A stretch of DNA of 64,000 bases from Patescibacteria group bacterium (lineage in GTDB: Bacteria; Patescibacteriota; Minisyncoccia; Phycocordibacterales; UBA918), in NCBI GenBank assembly GCA_019745315.1, contig JAIETH010000002.1:32654-96653 (forward strand), written 5' to 3'. The notes beneath the pieces are model-generated. The model was not told where the DNA came from. It saw nothing but the letters and a program-made list of their open reading frames with translations, and did not search any database. Both the position numbers and the translations under genes were made by a program. Shown one piece after another: positions 18,562-29,307 of the stretch (positions are counted from its first letter, which is position 1; each line of letters opens with the position of its first letter).

Positions 18562-18927
18562 CTGTCATTTTTCCCACATTACTGTGAGGATCGGACTATA
18601 TCTTCATCCATACGTAATTTCGCATGGAGATCGGCGTGTAGTCTCTACGGGATCATGTACCAATATGCTTTCGGAATGAAATTAATCTGAAATTGATACT
18701 GACTTCCCACGGTATTGTCCACCTTCTCATTCTCTCTTACGAGAGCGGCTGATGTGGAGTTCACCGTTATAGCCAATTTGTTTTTGTACGGCATTACTGC
18801 CATAGGCACCCCGATGTATTTCGTTTGTTCTATATGGACTTTCGTCCATACAATCTTCGCTCACTCGGTCATGCAAAAGTAAACTTTTGCGCGACGCTCA
18901 TTCGCTTGATTGTAACTACATAAGTTA
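18562..18927 (-). ncRNA. Group I intron of 366 nt in 23S domain V, inserted after the U equivalent to E. coli U2500. It carries no ORF.
   Basis: Exon continuity GGCACCU|...|CGAUGUCGG. The 5' exon ends in U and the intron ends in G. The core sequences GUAGAGACUACACGCC and AAGAUAUAGUCCGAUCC resemble group I P7/J8-7. Confidence 0.65.
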
Positions 18928-19495
18928 AGGTGCCGAACCGTGCCGTCGCTATGGACGCTTGGGCACGACTAGCCTGTTATCCCCAGGGTAACTTTTATCG
19001 GGTAATCTCCGGCCGCATCTAACGCGTACCATCGGTTCACTATGCTCCGCTTTCGCGTCTGCTTGGCATCTACGCCTTACAGTCAAGCTGGCTTATGCCA
19101 TTACACTATCGGCACGGTTTCCATTCGCGCCTAGCCAACCTTGAGACCCCTCCGTTACTTTTTAGGAGGGTAGCGCCCCACTAAAACTGCCTACCACGCA
19201 CTGTCTCAGCATGATTTTTTCATGCTGGTTAGAAACTGCCCGAGTAAAGAATGGTATTTCACTGACGAGTCCACACTTCCCAAAAGAAATGCTTCAACCT
19301 CTCCCATCTATTCTACGCATCACAAGAACAGCCTCAATACGAAGCTACAGTAAAGCTCCTGGGGTCTTTTCGTCTAACTGCAGGTACCCGGCATCTTCAC
19401 CGGGATTGTATTTTCACCGAGCAAGTCCTTGAGACAGTTCCCCAGTCATTACGCCATTCGTGCACGTCGGAACTTACCCGACAAGGAATTGCGCT

Positions 19496-19722
19496 CTTCT
19501 ATTCCTCAAAGAAGGACTCTGTCTTCGTCCGTCCGCATAGGCGACTAAGGACGCGTGACATCTGGTCTCTTTGTGGTCACGTTTTGACTAAGCGTACATC
19601 TCTGTACGCAAGGTAGCTTTTTGAATGATCATCTACGTATCTCTCATAGATGAATTTGCGTCCATTTACCAATCCATAATCGTTCCAGTCATTCGGTTCA
19701 CTTCATTACTGAAATGAACCGA
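19496..19722 (-). ncRNA. Insertion of 227 nt in 23S domain IV at the L1931-equivalent site. It is a candidate small group I intron or intervening sequence.
   Basis: Helix 69 is intact (AGCGAUAACUAUAAUCGUU). The exon reads CUAAGGU|...|AGCGCAAUUCC. The insert begins with U-exon, ends with G, and contains CCUUAG, which is complementary to the 5' exon. Confidence 0.5.
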
Positions 19723-22106
19723 ACCTTAGAACGATTATAGTTATCGCTGACATTGACCGGGGCTTACATAGCCCAGCAGTACAGATTGCTCCATACCACC
19801 TTCCATGTTTAACCTTCCGGCATTGGTCAGGCGTCACCCCCTATACATCCACTTACGTGTTCGCAGGGAGCTGTGTTTTTGGTAAACAGTTGCCAGGGAA
19901 TCTTTCGCTGCGGCCTCTCACCTTGCGGCGAGGAGGCAGGCCTTATCCCGAAGTTACGGCCGCTTTTTTGCCGAGTTCCTTAAGGACCTCTCACTCGTTC
20001 GCCTTGGTCTACTCGACCTGATCACCTGTGTCGGTTTGCGGTACGGAACCGTTTTGTGTAACGTAGAAGTTTTTCTTGGAAGCGTGCTCCCACAATTGAC
20101 GTGTCCGAAGACACATCTTCAGGTTCAACTCGGATGTGCATTAAAGCAGAAGTGCGGATTTACCTACACCTCACCCTCGAAGCACCAACGAAAATCCAGT
20201 AATTCGTTTGAAGTACAACCCTCCGTCCCTCCATAGAAACAAAACGGTGTTATGGAATATTAACCATATGTCCATCGCCTCCCCCGTTCGGGATCGGCTT
20301 AGGCCCGACTAACCCTTGGCTGATCACCATCGCCAAGGAAACCTTGATCTTTCGGCGGGAGGGGCTCTCACCCTCCTTGCGGTTACTTGTGCCGGCATTC
20401 TCACTTCCATACGCTCCAAGTCGGGTCTCCCCTCCTCTTCATCGCAGAATGGAACGCTCTCCTACCACTTACTCTGTACGAATACAGAGCAAATCCGCAG
20501 TTTCGGTACTATGCTTGAGCCCCGATCATCTTCGGCGCAGAAACTCTCGACGAGTGAGCTGTTACGCTATCTTTAAAGGATGGCTGCTTCTAAGCCAACC
20601 TCCTCGCTGTCAATGAATTTCCACCTCCTCAAGTTGCACTGAGCATAGATTTAGGGACCTTAACTGGCGATCTGGGCTGTTTCCCTTTTGACCAATGGAG
20701 CTTATCCCCCATAGTCTAACTGCCGTGTTTTTAATCCTTGGTATTCGGAGTTTGATAGGTCCCACGAGATTTCTCCCTGTTGGGACCTTCCAGTGCTCTA
20801 CCCCCAAGGGGAACACACGACGCCAACCCAAAAGCTGTTTCGGAGAGAACCAGCTATTACGGAATTCGATTAGCTTTTCACTCCTTACCACAAGTCATCC
20901 GATGGTTTTGTACGGCCAACCGGTTCGGGCCTCCCCTTATCTTTCGATAAGGTTCACCCTGCTCATGGCAAGCTCATCCCGCTTCGGGTCGCATTCTATC
21001 CCTTATAATTTCGCGCTATTAACACTCGCTTTCGCTCTGCCTCCGGGGGTCGTCCCCTTAGACGAAGGAATACAATGCACTCGCCGGCTCATTCTTCAAT
21101 AGGCACGCGGTCACCAGACTTACGTCCAGCTCCCACTCTTTGTAGGCATACGGTTTCAGATCTATTTCACTGTCCTCACCGGACTGTTTTTCACCTTTCC
21201 CTCACGGTACTCGTTCACTATCGGTCTCTTAAAATATTTAGCCTTAGGAGTTAGTGCTCCCAGATTCATTCGAGCTATTCATGTCTCGAACTACTCAGGA
21301 ACGACAACAAGAAAGTAGTATTGATTTCGTATACGGGACTATTACCCACTGGGGTCACGCTTTCCAGCGTGTTCTACTACCAATACTTTTTGTAACTTTC
21401 CTCAACTAAATGAAGTTGCCGCCCTACAACCCCGACTATGTAAACACAATCGGTTTGGGCTGATCCCGTTTCGCTCGCCGCTACTAAGGGAATCGCAAGT
21501 GTCTTCTTCCTGACTATAATGGCTCCGCCAGTTGGCAGAATTTAGCCAGAAAGAAAACACCTTGTATTGCTTTCTTTTCCTCCAGGTACTGAGATGTTTC
21601 ACTTCCCTGGGTATGCAAATGTCTTACGACAAATCTCTATCGTAGATAGAGGGGTTTCCCCATTCGGAGATCCTCGGTTATAACGATTGCTTGGCATCTT
21701 ACCGAGGCTTATCGCAGCCATGCCACGTCCTTCTTCGCTTTTAAGAGCCTAGGCATCCACCGTACGCCCTTCATTCCTGTAAGGAATGCTAGACACCGTT
21801 TAAGGCACTTTCCATTCCATTACATGAATACTAAACACCGCTGTTTAGATTTTGATTTTTGTTGTTGTTCGCATGACACACACTCTGACGAAAAGACCCT
21901 CTTTAAAGACATGTGTGCACCATGCGTCACGTGTATGCAACAAAACATACACGATTGCTCGATACTTCCTACATGATATTAAATTTTCAACGAGCGAGTG
22001 TCCCGTATAAGGACTAAAAAAACCGCTTTGAGCGGAGAGAGAAACCCACAGAGAGTCCAACTTCCGCTTACAGGTTTTTATAGTTACTCATAGACACGTA
22101 GCCGCC

Positions 22107-22134
22107 ATTATATAGGAAAGTAAAATGGCGTCAA
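22107..22134 (-). promoter_or_regulatory. Candidate sigma70-type promoter for the 23S-5S unit: TTGACG-N16-TATAAT.
   Basis: A near-consensus -35/-10 pair read on the minus strand, about 320 nt upstream of the 23S 5' end. Confidence 0.5.
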
Positions 22135-22163
22135 CCCCTTGCTGAGGAATGAGGAAATTACAC

Positions 22164-22200
22164 AAAAAAGAGCCTAATTCCTTTGGAATTAGGCTCTTTT
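22164..22200. terminator. Intrinsic terminator (aaaaaagagcctaattcc-tttg-gaattaggctctttt) downstream of the 22248-22871 gene.
   Basis: Read directly from the sequence. Confidence 0.65.
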
Positions 22201-22247
22201 AGAAGGGTACAGAATTACCCAAAAAAGCGGCATTTTGGAGAAATGCC

Positions 22248-22871
22248 TTACTTTCGCAAAGCGTCACGTGTTCCTATCTTGTCTACGAGAATCTGATGTG
22301 GGTAATCAAATACATCGCGCGTCAATTTGTCATACATTCCCAACCGATAGAGAAAGTCTTCTGTGCTAAATACCGCAAAGCGGATTTCAATACCGAGCTC
22401 TGCCTCAAGCGTACGTACCGCAGCCTCAATTTTTCCTTGCTGAACTTTTTTTGCCGCAAGAATCAGATCGAGTCGTCCATCAAATGAACGTGTAAAAATT
22501 CCTGAAGTCACAACAAGATCAAGCTTCCCCGCTTTTCGCATATGACGAAAAACTGTTTTGCTTTCAAGTGGTGCGGTCTCAAACAGAAATGTCTGGAGTG
22601 GAGCAAGTTTTGGAAACTTATGATTCAGCGCATATCCTTGCACACGGCGCTTCTTGCCATTTGGGCCGAGTACTTGAATTTGTTTTTTCTGAATAATAAG
22701 CGCACGTTCAAGCGAAGAAAGCTCAGCCCGCGCAGTATGTCGCACAAGACGCGCGCGCCGCAATATATCGTCAACACTAAAGACAGCAGAGGGATTGAAG
22801 AGGAAAAGACGAAGCAGCTTAACGGTTGCGAGGTTTCCAAAAAGAATTGAGAGCCAGTCAGTATGTTTCAT
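22248..22871 (-). CDS. Hypothetical protein of 207 aa.
   Basis: A long ORF with a native-like composition. No family was recognised. Confidence 0.5.
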   Translation of the reverse strand: MKHTDWLSILFGNLATVKLLRLFLFNPSAVFSVDDILRRARLVRHTARAELSSLERALIIQKKQIQVLGPNGKKRRVQGYALNHKFPKLAPLQTFLFETAPLESKTVFRHMRKAGKLDLVVTSGIFTRSFDGRLDLILAAKKVQQGKIEAAVRTLEAELGIEIRFAVFSTEDFLYRLGMYDKLTRDVFDYPHQILVDKIGTRDALRK

Positions 22872-22934
22872 ATAATTCGTGTTAGCCGAGGGATTATAGC
22901 ATAATCGATTCGGCGGCAGCTACAAAACAAAAAA

Positions 22935-23609
22935 TCAATCGGGAACCCTTGCGGAACTCTTCTTGCTATTCTTGTAACTATGCACTGCAGCATCGACCAA
23001 TTCTTGAACAGTTCTTCTCTCCACTAAAGGGGCCCAAGAATCATATATCGTTTTTATTGCCGAATAATAATCTTCACTTTGTATTCGCCTTAAGAGCATA
23101 TTGTGAGCAAATTCTTCAACCAGCTGTACGAAGACTTCATGTACAGCATACAACGCTCTACTATCTATGGTCTTATACAAAATCACTTGCCACGAAAATT
23201 CCTCCATCTCGTTCAAGAGATTGGTTGAACTTTTGTTCAAATTCTGATCTTCTTCCAAATTTCCCTGTTTTAAACAGATTTCTCTCCTCTGATCGTATAA
23301 CCAACCATATGTAAACTCCTCAATATAACCAACTCTAGGAAATACAAATTTTGAATCTTTCGCCTGCATCTCTGTAAGCATTTTTGAGTAGCGATTCATG
23401 ATTTCGGTTCTAAAAAATCGTAACTGTTGAAGAGTCACGCGCACATCTTCTTGTTCCACTCTATTTCTGTGGTCTACATATGCAACGATCACAGCCAGTA
23501 CAGCAATCACTGTCGCTATATTTGCTAGGCTTTCTAACCAATCAAGATCACTTAGTGAGATAGCCAAAGGGATTGTCAGGCCAAGTAAAAAAGCAATAAA
23601 ATACTTCAT
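22935..23609 (-). CDS. Hypothetical membrane protein of 224 aa.
   Basis: Two N-terminal TM segments and then a soluble domain. No family was recognised. Confidence 0.5.
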   Translation of the reverse strand: MKYFIAFLLGLTIPLAISLSDLDWLESLANIATVIAVLAVIVAYVDHRNRVEQEDVRVTLQQLRFFRTEIMNRYSKMLTEMQAKDSKFVFPRVGYIEEFTYGWLYDQRREICLKQGNLEEDQNLNKSSTNLLNEMEEFSWQVILYKTIDSRALYAVHEVFVQLVEEFAHNMLLRRIQSEDYYSAIKTIYDSWAPLVERRTVQELVDAAVHSYKNSKKSSARVPD

Positions 23610-23651
23610 ATGTGTTTATTAAAAAAATTAAGCACCATCACAAGTTGCTAA

Positions 23652-23700
23652 ATAAAATGCTCCAAGTATTCGCATTTATACTAAGCACTCGCGATCCAGC
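23652..23700 (+). repeat. Conserved non-coding element of about 50 bp, the second copy of the motif at 84-122.
   Basis: The stretch ATTCGCATTTATACTAAGCACTCGCGATCCAGCCTCAGCC aligns with CTTCGTATTTATGCTAAGCGCTCGCGACCCCGGCTCG near the window start, at about 80% identity. Confidence 0.4.
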
Positions 23701-23765
23701 CTCAGCCCTTTCTCGTCCCCTGTACGCGGGCTTCCGGCCCTGGCGTAAAGTCACCTACTCAACAC

Positions 23766-23800
23766 AAAAAGAAAGAGCCCCGAAGGGCTCTTTCTTTTTC
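23766..23800. terminator. Intrinsic terminator after rplL (aaaaagaaagagcccc-gaa-ggggctctttcttttt).
   Basis: Read directly from the sequence. Confidence 0.7.
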
Positions 23801-24208
23801 TTATTTGAGTGTGACTTTTGCGCCAGCCTCTTCCAATTTTGCTTTGAGTGCATCTGCATCTTCCTTCTTGAGACCTTCCTTCATTACTGATGGAGCGGCG
23901 TCAACCAAGTCCTTAGCCTCCTTAAGACCGAGACCAAGTACCTCCTTAACAACCTTGATTACTGCAATCTTCTGCGCACCAGCGTCAGTCAATTCAACAG
24001 CAAATGTGCTCTGTGCTTCCTCTCCACCTCCTGCTGCAGGAGCTGCAACTGCTACAGCTGAAGCAGATACTCCAAACTTCTTTTCAAAAACCTTCACAAG
24101 CTCATGGAGCTCGAGAACGCTCATTTCTTCGATAGCTGCAACGATTGTCTTGAACTTTTCTGGAACAACAACTTCTTCAGTTGTTGTTACTTCTGTTGTT
24201 TCATCCAT
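23801..24208 (-). CDS. rplL: 50S ribosomal protein L7/L12.
   Basis: An Ala-rich hinge and the C-terminal KEAKDLVD...[20 protein letters not shown] region. Confidence 0.85.
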   Translation of the reverse strand: MDETTEVTTTEEVVVPEKFKTIVAAIEEMSVLELHELVKVFEKKFGVSASAVAVAAPAAGGGEEAQSTFAVELTDAGAQKIAVIKVVKEVLGLGLKEAKDLVDAAPSVMKEGLKKEDADALKAKLEEAGAKVTLK

Positions 24209-24226
24209 ACGAATAGTATTAACTGA

Positions 24227-24712
24227 TTAAGATTTCTTTTCTGCAATAGCATTGAGAGCCAACACCAATCCTTGTATAGGTGAGTTGATTACGTTTACAA
24301 ACATTCCACGAAGCACTGGGAGTGCTGGGATTGATGCAATGGTAACCATCTCCTCCTTATTTTTGTACGCTCCTGCAAATACTCCTCCCACAATCGCAAC
24401 AGCTCCTTTGAATTTCTTTTCAAATTCACCAATGCTTTGTGCTGGCGCAATTGCGTCTGTGCTGTGCACAAATGCAACTTCTCCAGGAAGCTCAGGCATC
24501 GTACCTGTGTATCCTCCTTCATCGAGAGCACGTGCCATCAATGTCTTCTTTGCAACGATATACCCAACGCCTCGAGCGCGAAGCTCACGACGCATTTCGG
24601 TTGTATCTTTACCGGTGAGCCCTGTAAATTTTGCAAAAACGACTGTCTCTGCACCTTTACGCGCAGAACTCAAGCGCGATAGAATTTCTTGCTTTTTCCC
24701 TTTCGAGATCAT
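24227..24712 (-). CDS. rplJ: 50S ribosomal protein L10.
   Basis: L10-like sequence MISKGKKQEILSRL... immediately upstream of rplL. The start was chosen at an internal Met. Confidence 0.7.
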   Translation of the reverse strand: MISKGKKQEILSRLSSARKGAETVVFAKFTGLTGKDTTEMRRELRARGVGYIVAKKTLMARALDEGGYTGTMPELPGEVAFVHSTDAIAPAQSIGEFEKKFKGAVAIVGGVFAGAYKNKEEMVTIASIPALPVLRGMFVNVINSPIQGLVLALNAIAEKKS

Positions 24713-24949
24713 ATGTATGTGGCTTAAAGTTGTGACGAGACCGCGGAATGCGTTCGACCTTCCCAAAGCCCTCGTTATATAAAATGAGGAGTGGGACCTC
24801 GGCAGGGTACGTGATGCGTGTTTAATTAGAGACTCTCGCCTCTAGCCCTACTGTCTTTGGTCTGTCGGGAAATACCATACCATACAAAAGCGCTTATATG
24901 CAATATAAAAAGACCCGTGATACGGATCTTGAAACTCACCTCAAAACTA
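24713..24949 (-). promoter_or_regulatory. Untranslated leader of about 240 nt upstream of rplJ, possibly an L10 autoregulatory leader.
   Basis: Position only; the structure was not verified. Confidence 0.25.
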
Positions 24950-25588
24950 CTATGCCCACAGCCGCCTGATCCCATCGACCGAACGAAAAACACGAACAAT
25001 GGTCGGGAAACTCTGAACCTGCCTCCGAAACCATGCGGGAAACGTATACTCGACCGCGCTTACAATTGTCAGCACGGTCGCGATCCCGAGCATCGTGGCC
25101 GAAGAGATGGAAAGCAACAGGCTCTCTATCGGAAAACCGTAGAGGGTAAGAGCCACCATTTGAGCGGCAGCCTTCCATTTCCCCACAGAACTCGAAGCGA
25201 GTCGTTCACCCTTACGCGCACTCATCCACCGCATGGCGTCCACATAGAATTCACGAAGACCAATGACGCCGAAGCATATGATGTCCACAACCCCCACAGG
25301 CGCGTGCGCCACGAGAAATACGATGAACGAGAGCACGAGAATTTTGTCCGCAATAGGGTCGAGTATCGCCCCTATTTTTGTATGGAGCGCATACTTGCGC
25401 GCAAGATATCCATCCAAAAAGTCAGTGATAGACCCAACAACAAACAGACTGAGCGCTGTCCATTCTCCGAAAAAATCGCTCGAAGCAGCACACCATAGTA
25501 TGGTAGCCGCGCAGAGAAATCGTATTCCCGTGAGAATATTCGGCACATGCCGCACATACCCACGTTTTTGCGAAACATGTATCGACAT
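24950..25588 (-). CDS. pgsA: CDP-alcohol phosphatidyltransferase (PgsA-like).
   Basis: Carries the DG-x2-AR...G-x3-D-x3-D motif (DFLDGYLARKY...GAILDPIADK) and is a multi-TM protein. Confidence 0.7.
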   Translation of the reverse strand: MSIHVSQKRGYVRHVPNILTGIRFLCAATILWCAASSDFFGEWTALSLFVVGSITDFLDGYLARKYALHTKIGAILDPIADKILVLSFIVFLVAHAPVGVVDIICFGVIGLREFYVDAMRWMSARKGERLASSSVGKWKAAAQMVALTLYGFPIESLLLSISSATMLGIATVLTIVSAVEYTFPAWFRRQVQSFPTIVRVFRSVDGIRRLWA

Positions 25589-25892
25589 AGCCCCCTCCTC
25601 ATAGATCCACATCAAGCCTACCTTACGTATACAAAAACGCAATCAACAAGATTTCCACATTGATATCCCCATGTTATCAACATACCCATCAAACCATTTC
25701 TATATGGGTGACATACCTCTCAGATACCAGTCAGATACCAGACACAAAGCTTTTCCAAGCGTATCCCTTTACGACATACCCTTCCGCTACCTGCAAAACG
25801 ACCTCCCTTCAAGGTATGTCGTAAAGGGAGATGCGCAGACTTTTCAACAAACTATCCCTAACCTCTCCACATACTTATCCACATATTTCAAA

Positions 25893-26387
25893 CTACCCTT
25901 CAACCTCATCCTTAAGCTGCTCAGCTTTCCAGCCCACCATATTTGAGAATATTTGAAGCATACTTGCAGCTCCTGCAATTGCGCAGAACAAAATTGGATA
26001 GAGCGCGTATGAAGTGAGGTAATAGAAAAACACCACCGTTGCACCCGACCACATACCTACACACCAGGGACATGAGAGGAGGTCAGCGATAGTTCTTCGA
26101 GGCCCATTATCTGGCTTTTCTAGCGTACGCTTTCCTCGTTTCTCCACAACATCATAAAACTGATCTCTAAAAAAAGAAGTAATTTTATCGTATACAAACA
26201 GTCGTGTTATGCGGAGCGCAGCAAGTGTGAGTATGAAAAACTCCATGAGTGTTGGAATATTCTGGGGAAGCGCATTGAATGCCTCCAGTATCATTCCTCC
26301 CGATATAACAAAGGATGCAAAAAGGAGTGAGAAAAAAACATTCCATACGTATTGATCATTGATGTGCATATTATATATCGCTACCAA
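25893..26387 (-). CDS. DUF1360-like membrane protein with a CPWC motif.
   Basis: Four TM helices and a CPWCVGMW motif. Confidence 0.45.
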   Translation of the reverse strand: MVAIYNMHINDQYVWNVFFSLLFASFVISGGMILEAFNALPQNIPTLMEFFILTLAALRITRLFVYDKITSFFRDQFYDVVEKRGKRTLEKPDNGPRRTIADLLSCPWCVGMWSGATVVFFYYLTSYALYPILFCAIAGAASMLQIFSNMVGWKAEQLKDEVEG

Positions 26388-26661
26388 CTATAAAAATAAT
26401 AAAAAGTGTTACTGCAATAACTCCTAAGAAGCTTACAAAAAATGTATAGAATGTTTTATTAAATAACTTCATACACACAGTATACAAGCAGTGTCTCTAT
26501 AACTAAAAAGATTTAATTGAATATCAATCTACAACCATAGCCTTATAAAAATAAGACGAATCGATTACTAAAAAGATTTTAGCAGACACGCAAAAAGCCC
26601 CCGAAGGGGCTTTTTGCTAACAGTTCTTAACTCACTGTGAGCTAAGTTACTCCACTATGTA

Positions 26662-28614
26662 TTAGATAGTGTTTACAGATACTGTATCTGAGAGGAAGTC
26701 TGTAAGGTTTGAAGTGTAGATCTGGTTTGCAGATGAATCACTTGAACCTGAAGTTCCCCACTTGATACCAGTAACTTTCTGCTGGATGATTCCGTCAATA
26801 CCTGCTTCAGACACAATTGTCATTGTGAATCGGCGAGTATCGCTTTCATCAATACTATATGCATGAGTAGTGTCGCTGCTGTCAGTGTCTGAAGCAGTTG
26901 TTACTGATGAGATAGTAGTTGTTCCAGTAGAAGCAAGTGATGTAGTCGCAAATGCGTTTCCATCAGTTCCTGTTGTTGGGCTTGCTGCAAAGATTGTATC
27001 TTTGTCAACGAAGATTTCTGAACCAAACGCCTTTACATCAAATACGAATGTAAATGTAGCCTGATCCTTCTCTCCAGTGTCATCAGCTGTGAATGACTTT
27101 GTAGCAGTCTTGCTTACAAATGTAACAGCGATACCATCTGAGTAAAATGCATGTGCATCACTTGAAGCAGCTCCTGTCTTGTCAGCAGCATCAAGATCCT
27201 CACCTTCTGCATCTTCAGCATCCCATGCAGCATCGTCTGGGTTCACGTCAGCAGCAAGAGTTGCTCCTGCAACGAATCCAGCTTCGAGATCGTTAACATC
27301 AACGCTCACGATAACTTCTACAGTCTCTCCAGCCTCAACTGTCCAGTCAAGACTATCGAAAGTAATAGTTCGTGTTGTTGCTGTTGTTGAAGAGATTGAT
27401 TCTGAACCAACCACTTCTCCATCAACGATCAATTCTGCTGTGTTAGCAATTTCACCAACTCCAGCACCTACTGATGTGAAGTCTACTGAAAGATCATCGA
27501 TAGTTACGTCTGAAGTTCCTTCGATTTCAACTTCGAAAGAGAGAATTTCAACTCCGTCTGTATCGTTGCTGTCGTCAACTTCGATAGTGCGGCCATCGTT
27601 GATTTCATCATCTCCCTTTGAAACCTTAAGCTCAAGATCAGATGCTGTTGCAAATGCCTCAAAGCTGAAAGTACGTCCAGATCCATCATTGATGTCTCCA
27701 GTTGAAGAATCAGAAATTACTGCGTTCTGTGCATCACGGAAGCGAACGCTCTCGAACTCTACAGTCCAAGTGTCACCTTCGTCGTCAGAATCGAGGTTTC
27801 CGATACCTGTGATAGCTACAGTAAGCTCTCCAACATCTCCAGCCTTGATAACAGCTCCACCGTCAAGTGATACTGTCTTATCGTAGTTGTCGTCGTCTGA
27901 GAACTCATCTGCGTCTACACGAGCAAACTCTTCTCCATCAAGCATGATAGATACTTCTTCGGCAACGTCGTCGAAGTCAGCATCTGATGTTCCGCGTGAG
28001 AAGTTAAGATTTACTGCTGTGATCTCAATGTCTGAAGAATCGTCAGCCTCGATTTCGAGACCAGCAACTTCTACATCCTCATCTCCCTCTCCAACTTCTT
28101 CGTTAGAAAGTTGTGACATGTAGTCTGCATCTTCAAGAGAACCAGCTCCTCCCTTAAGTCCACCTGTTGTTGTAGTAGTTGTTCCACCACCTGTTGTAGT
28201 AGTAGTTGTTCCACTAAGCTTAGCGCGGCTGATTGGACCAAAGTATCCAGCTGCTGGGCTAATACCTACTGCTGCCTGCCACTTTGCAAGAGCTGCCTGT
28301 GTCTGAGCACCGAAGTATCCAGTTGCACCTGCTGCAATTGCGTATCCGTTCTTGATCAAAACATTCTGAAGTGCTGTTACGTCAGCTCCTGATGAACCGA
28401 GAGTAAGATCACGTGTAAATGTTGTTGATGTTGTTGTTGTCGTTGTTGATCCTCCCTTAAGTGCAGCGAGTTCTGCAGTAAGTTTTGCGATCATTGCCTC
28501 CATCTCAGCAGTCGTCATAGCCTTTGCAGGCGCAAATGAAAGACTGAAGATCATAGAAGCAGTTACAAAGCCCACTACGAGCTTTGCTGCAATATTTTCT
28601 TTAGTAAAAGTCAT
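26662..28614 (-). CDS. Large secreted or surface protein with a signal peptide, a peptidoglycan-binding (PG_binding_1-like) domain, Thr-rich linkers and a long D/E-rich beta-rich region.
   Basis: N-terminal signal and TM, then ALQNVLIKNGY...GYFGAQTQAALAKWQ...GYFGPIS, poly-Thr tracts, and a 450-aa acidic low-complexity domain. Confidence 0.6.
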   Translation of the reverse strand: MTFTKENIAAKLVVGFVTASMIFSLSFAPAKAMTTAEMEAMIAKLTAELAALKGGSTTTTTTSTTFTRDLTLGSSGADVTALQNVLIKNGYAIAAGATGYFGAQTQAALAKWQAAVGISPAAGYFGPISRAKLSGTTTTTTGGGTTTTTTGGLKGGAGSLEDADYMSQLSNEEVGEGDEDVEVAGLEIEADDSSDIEITAVNLNFSRGTSDADFDDVAEEVSIMLDGEEFARVDADEFSDDDNYDKTVSLDGGAVIKAGDVGELTVAITGIGNLDSDDEGDTWTVEFESVRFRDAQNAVISDSSTGDINDGSGRTFSFEAFATASDLELKVSKGDDEINDGRTIEVDDSNDTDGVEILSFEVEIEGTSDVTIDDLSVDFTSVGAGVGEIANTAELIVDGEVVGSESISSTTATTRTITFDSLDWTVEAGETVEVIVSVDVNDLEAGFVAGATLAADVNPDDAAWDAEDAEGEDLDAADKTGAASSDAHAFYSDGIAVTFVSKTATKSFTADDTGEKDQATFTFVFDVKAFGSEIFVDKDTIFAASPTTGTDGNAFATTSLASTGTTTISSVTTASDTDSSDTTHAYSIDESDTRRFTMTIVSEAGIDGIIQQKVTGIKWGTSGSSDSSANQIYTSNLTDFLSDTVSVNTI

Positions 28615-29307
28615 ATCTATAAAACTACTTGTAAATTTAACCTAATAATACGAATTAATTCATATTTGCGAATCGAGCACTCTCTTTTAATGAAAGCACT
28701 CGACTCACCACCCACTAACCCTTATACGCATTGAATCGACATGTATATAAGGAATAGCTGCGAAAAGAATACGTCGCGTGTCTGCCATACTTACCGTAAC
28801 GGGAATATGTCATGCGGAATTTCACACACCTATATATAAGTGTGTGTGTCTATGGAGTTTTCAAAGAACTGCTTTGAGTATTTTTATGTAGTAACCCTCT
28901 ACGAAAAAAGGTGCTCAAAGGCACACATGTAGTATATCGTACTCACATACAACAACTACATATGAGCGCTGTGGATAGATTGATAGTACGGTTGAATTTT
29001 TCTAAACTTCAAAACACAGAGTGTAATGAGAGCGAAAACAACGCGCACCAACTACCACACCGGCGCTTAGAGAATACGTTTTCGGACTACTAAAGTCAAC
29101 GAATACGCTTTCTCTATCTGTATATGTAGACGAGGGAGTCTCATACTTTCTTACCTACACAAATGTAAAAAACCTATGTTTTTATAGCTTTTTTAGCATT
29201 TTGTCAAAAAAGCCTACCTGATCTTCTATGCGACATTACTTTACAGCACAATACATTAAACAACTTTAGTAAAGCGCTGCATTTTTATTATAGTTACAAA
29301 ATATGTC

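Noticed and set aside
24857-25498. Plus-strand 213-aa ORF overlapping pgsA.
   Set aside because: The antisense pgsA frame carries the complete CDP-alcohol phosphatidyltransferase motif. The plus frame has no recognisable features.
27179-28123. Plus-strand Ser-rich ORFs antisense to the surface-protein gene.
   Set aside because: Shadow ORFs generated by the repetitive GA(T/C)-rich codons of the acidic protein.
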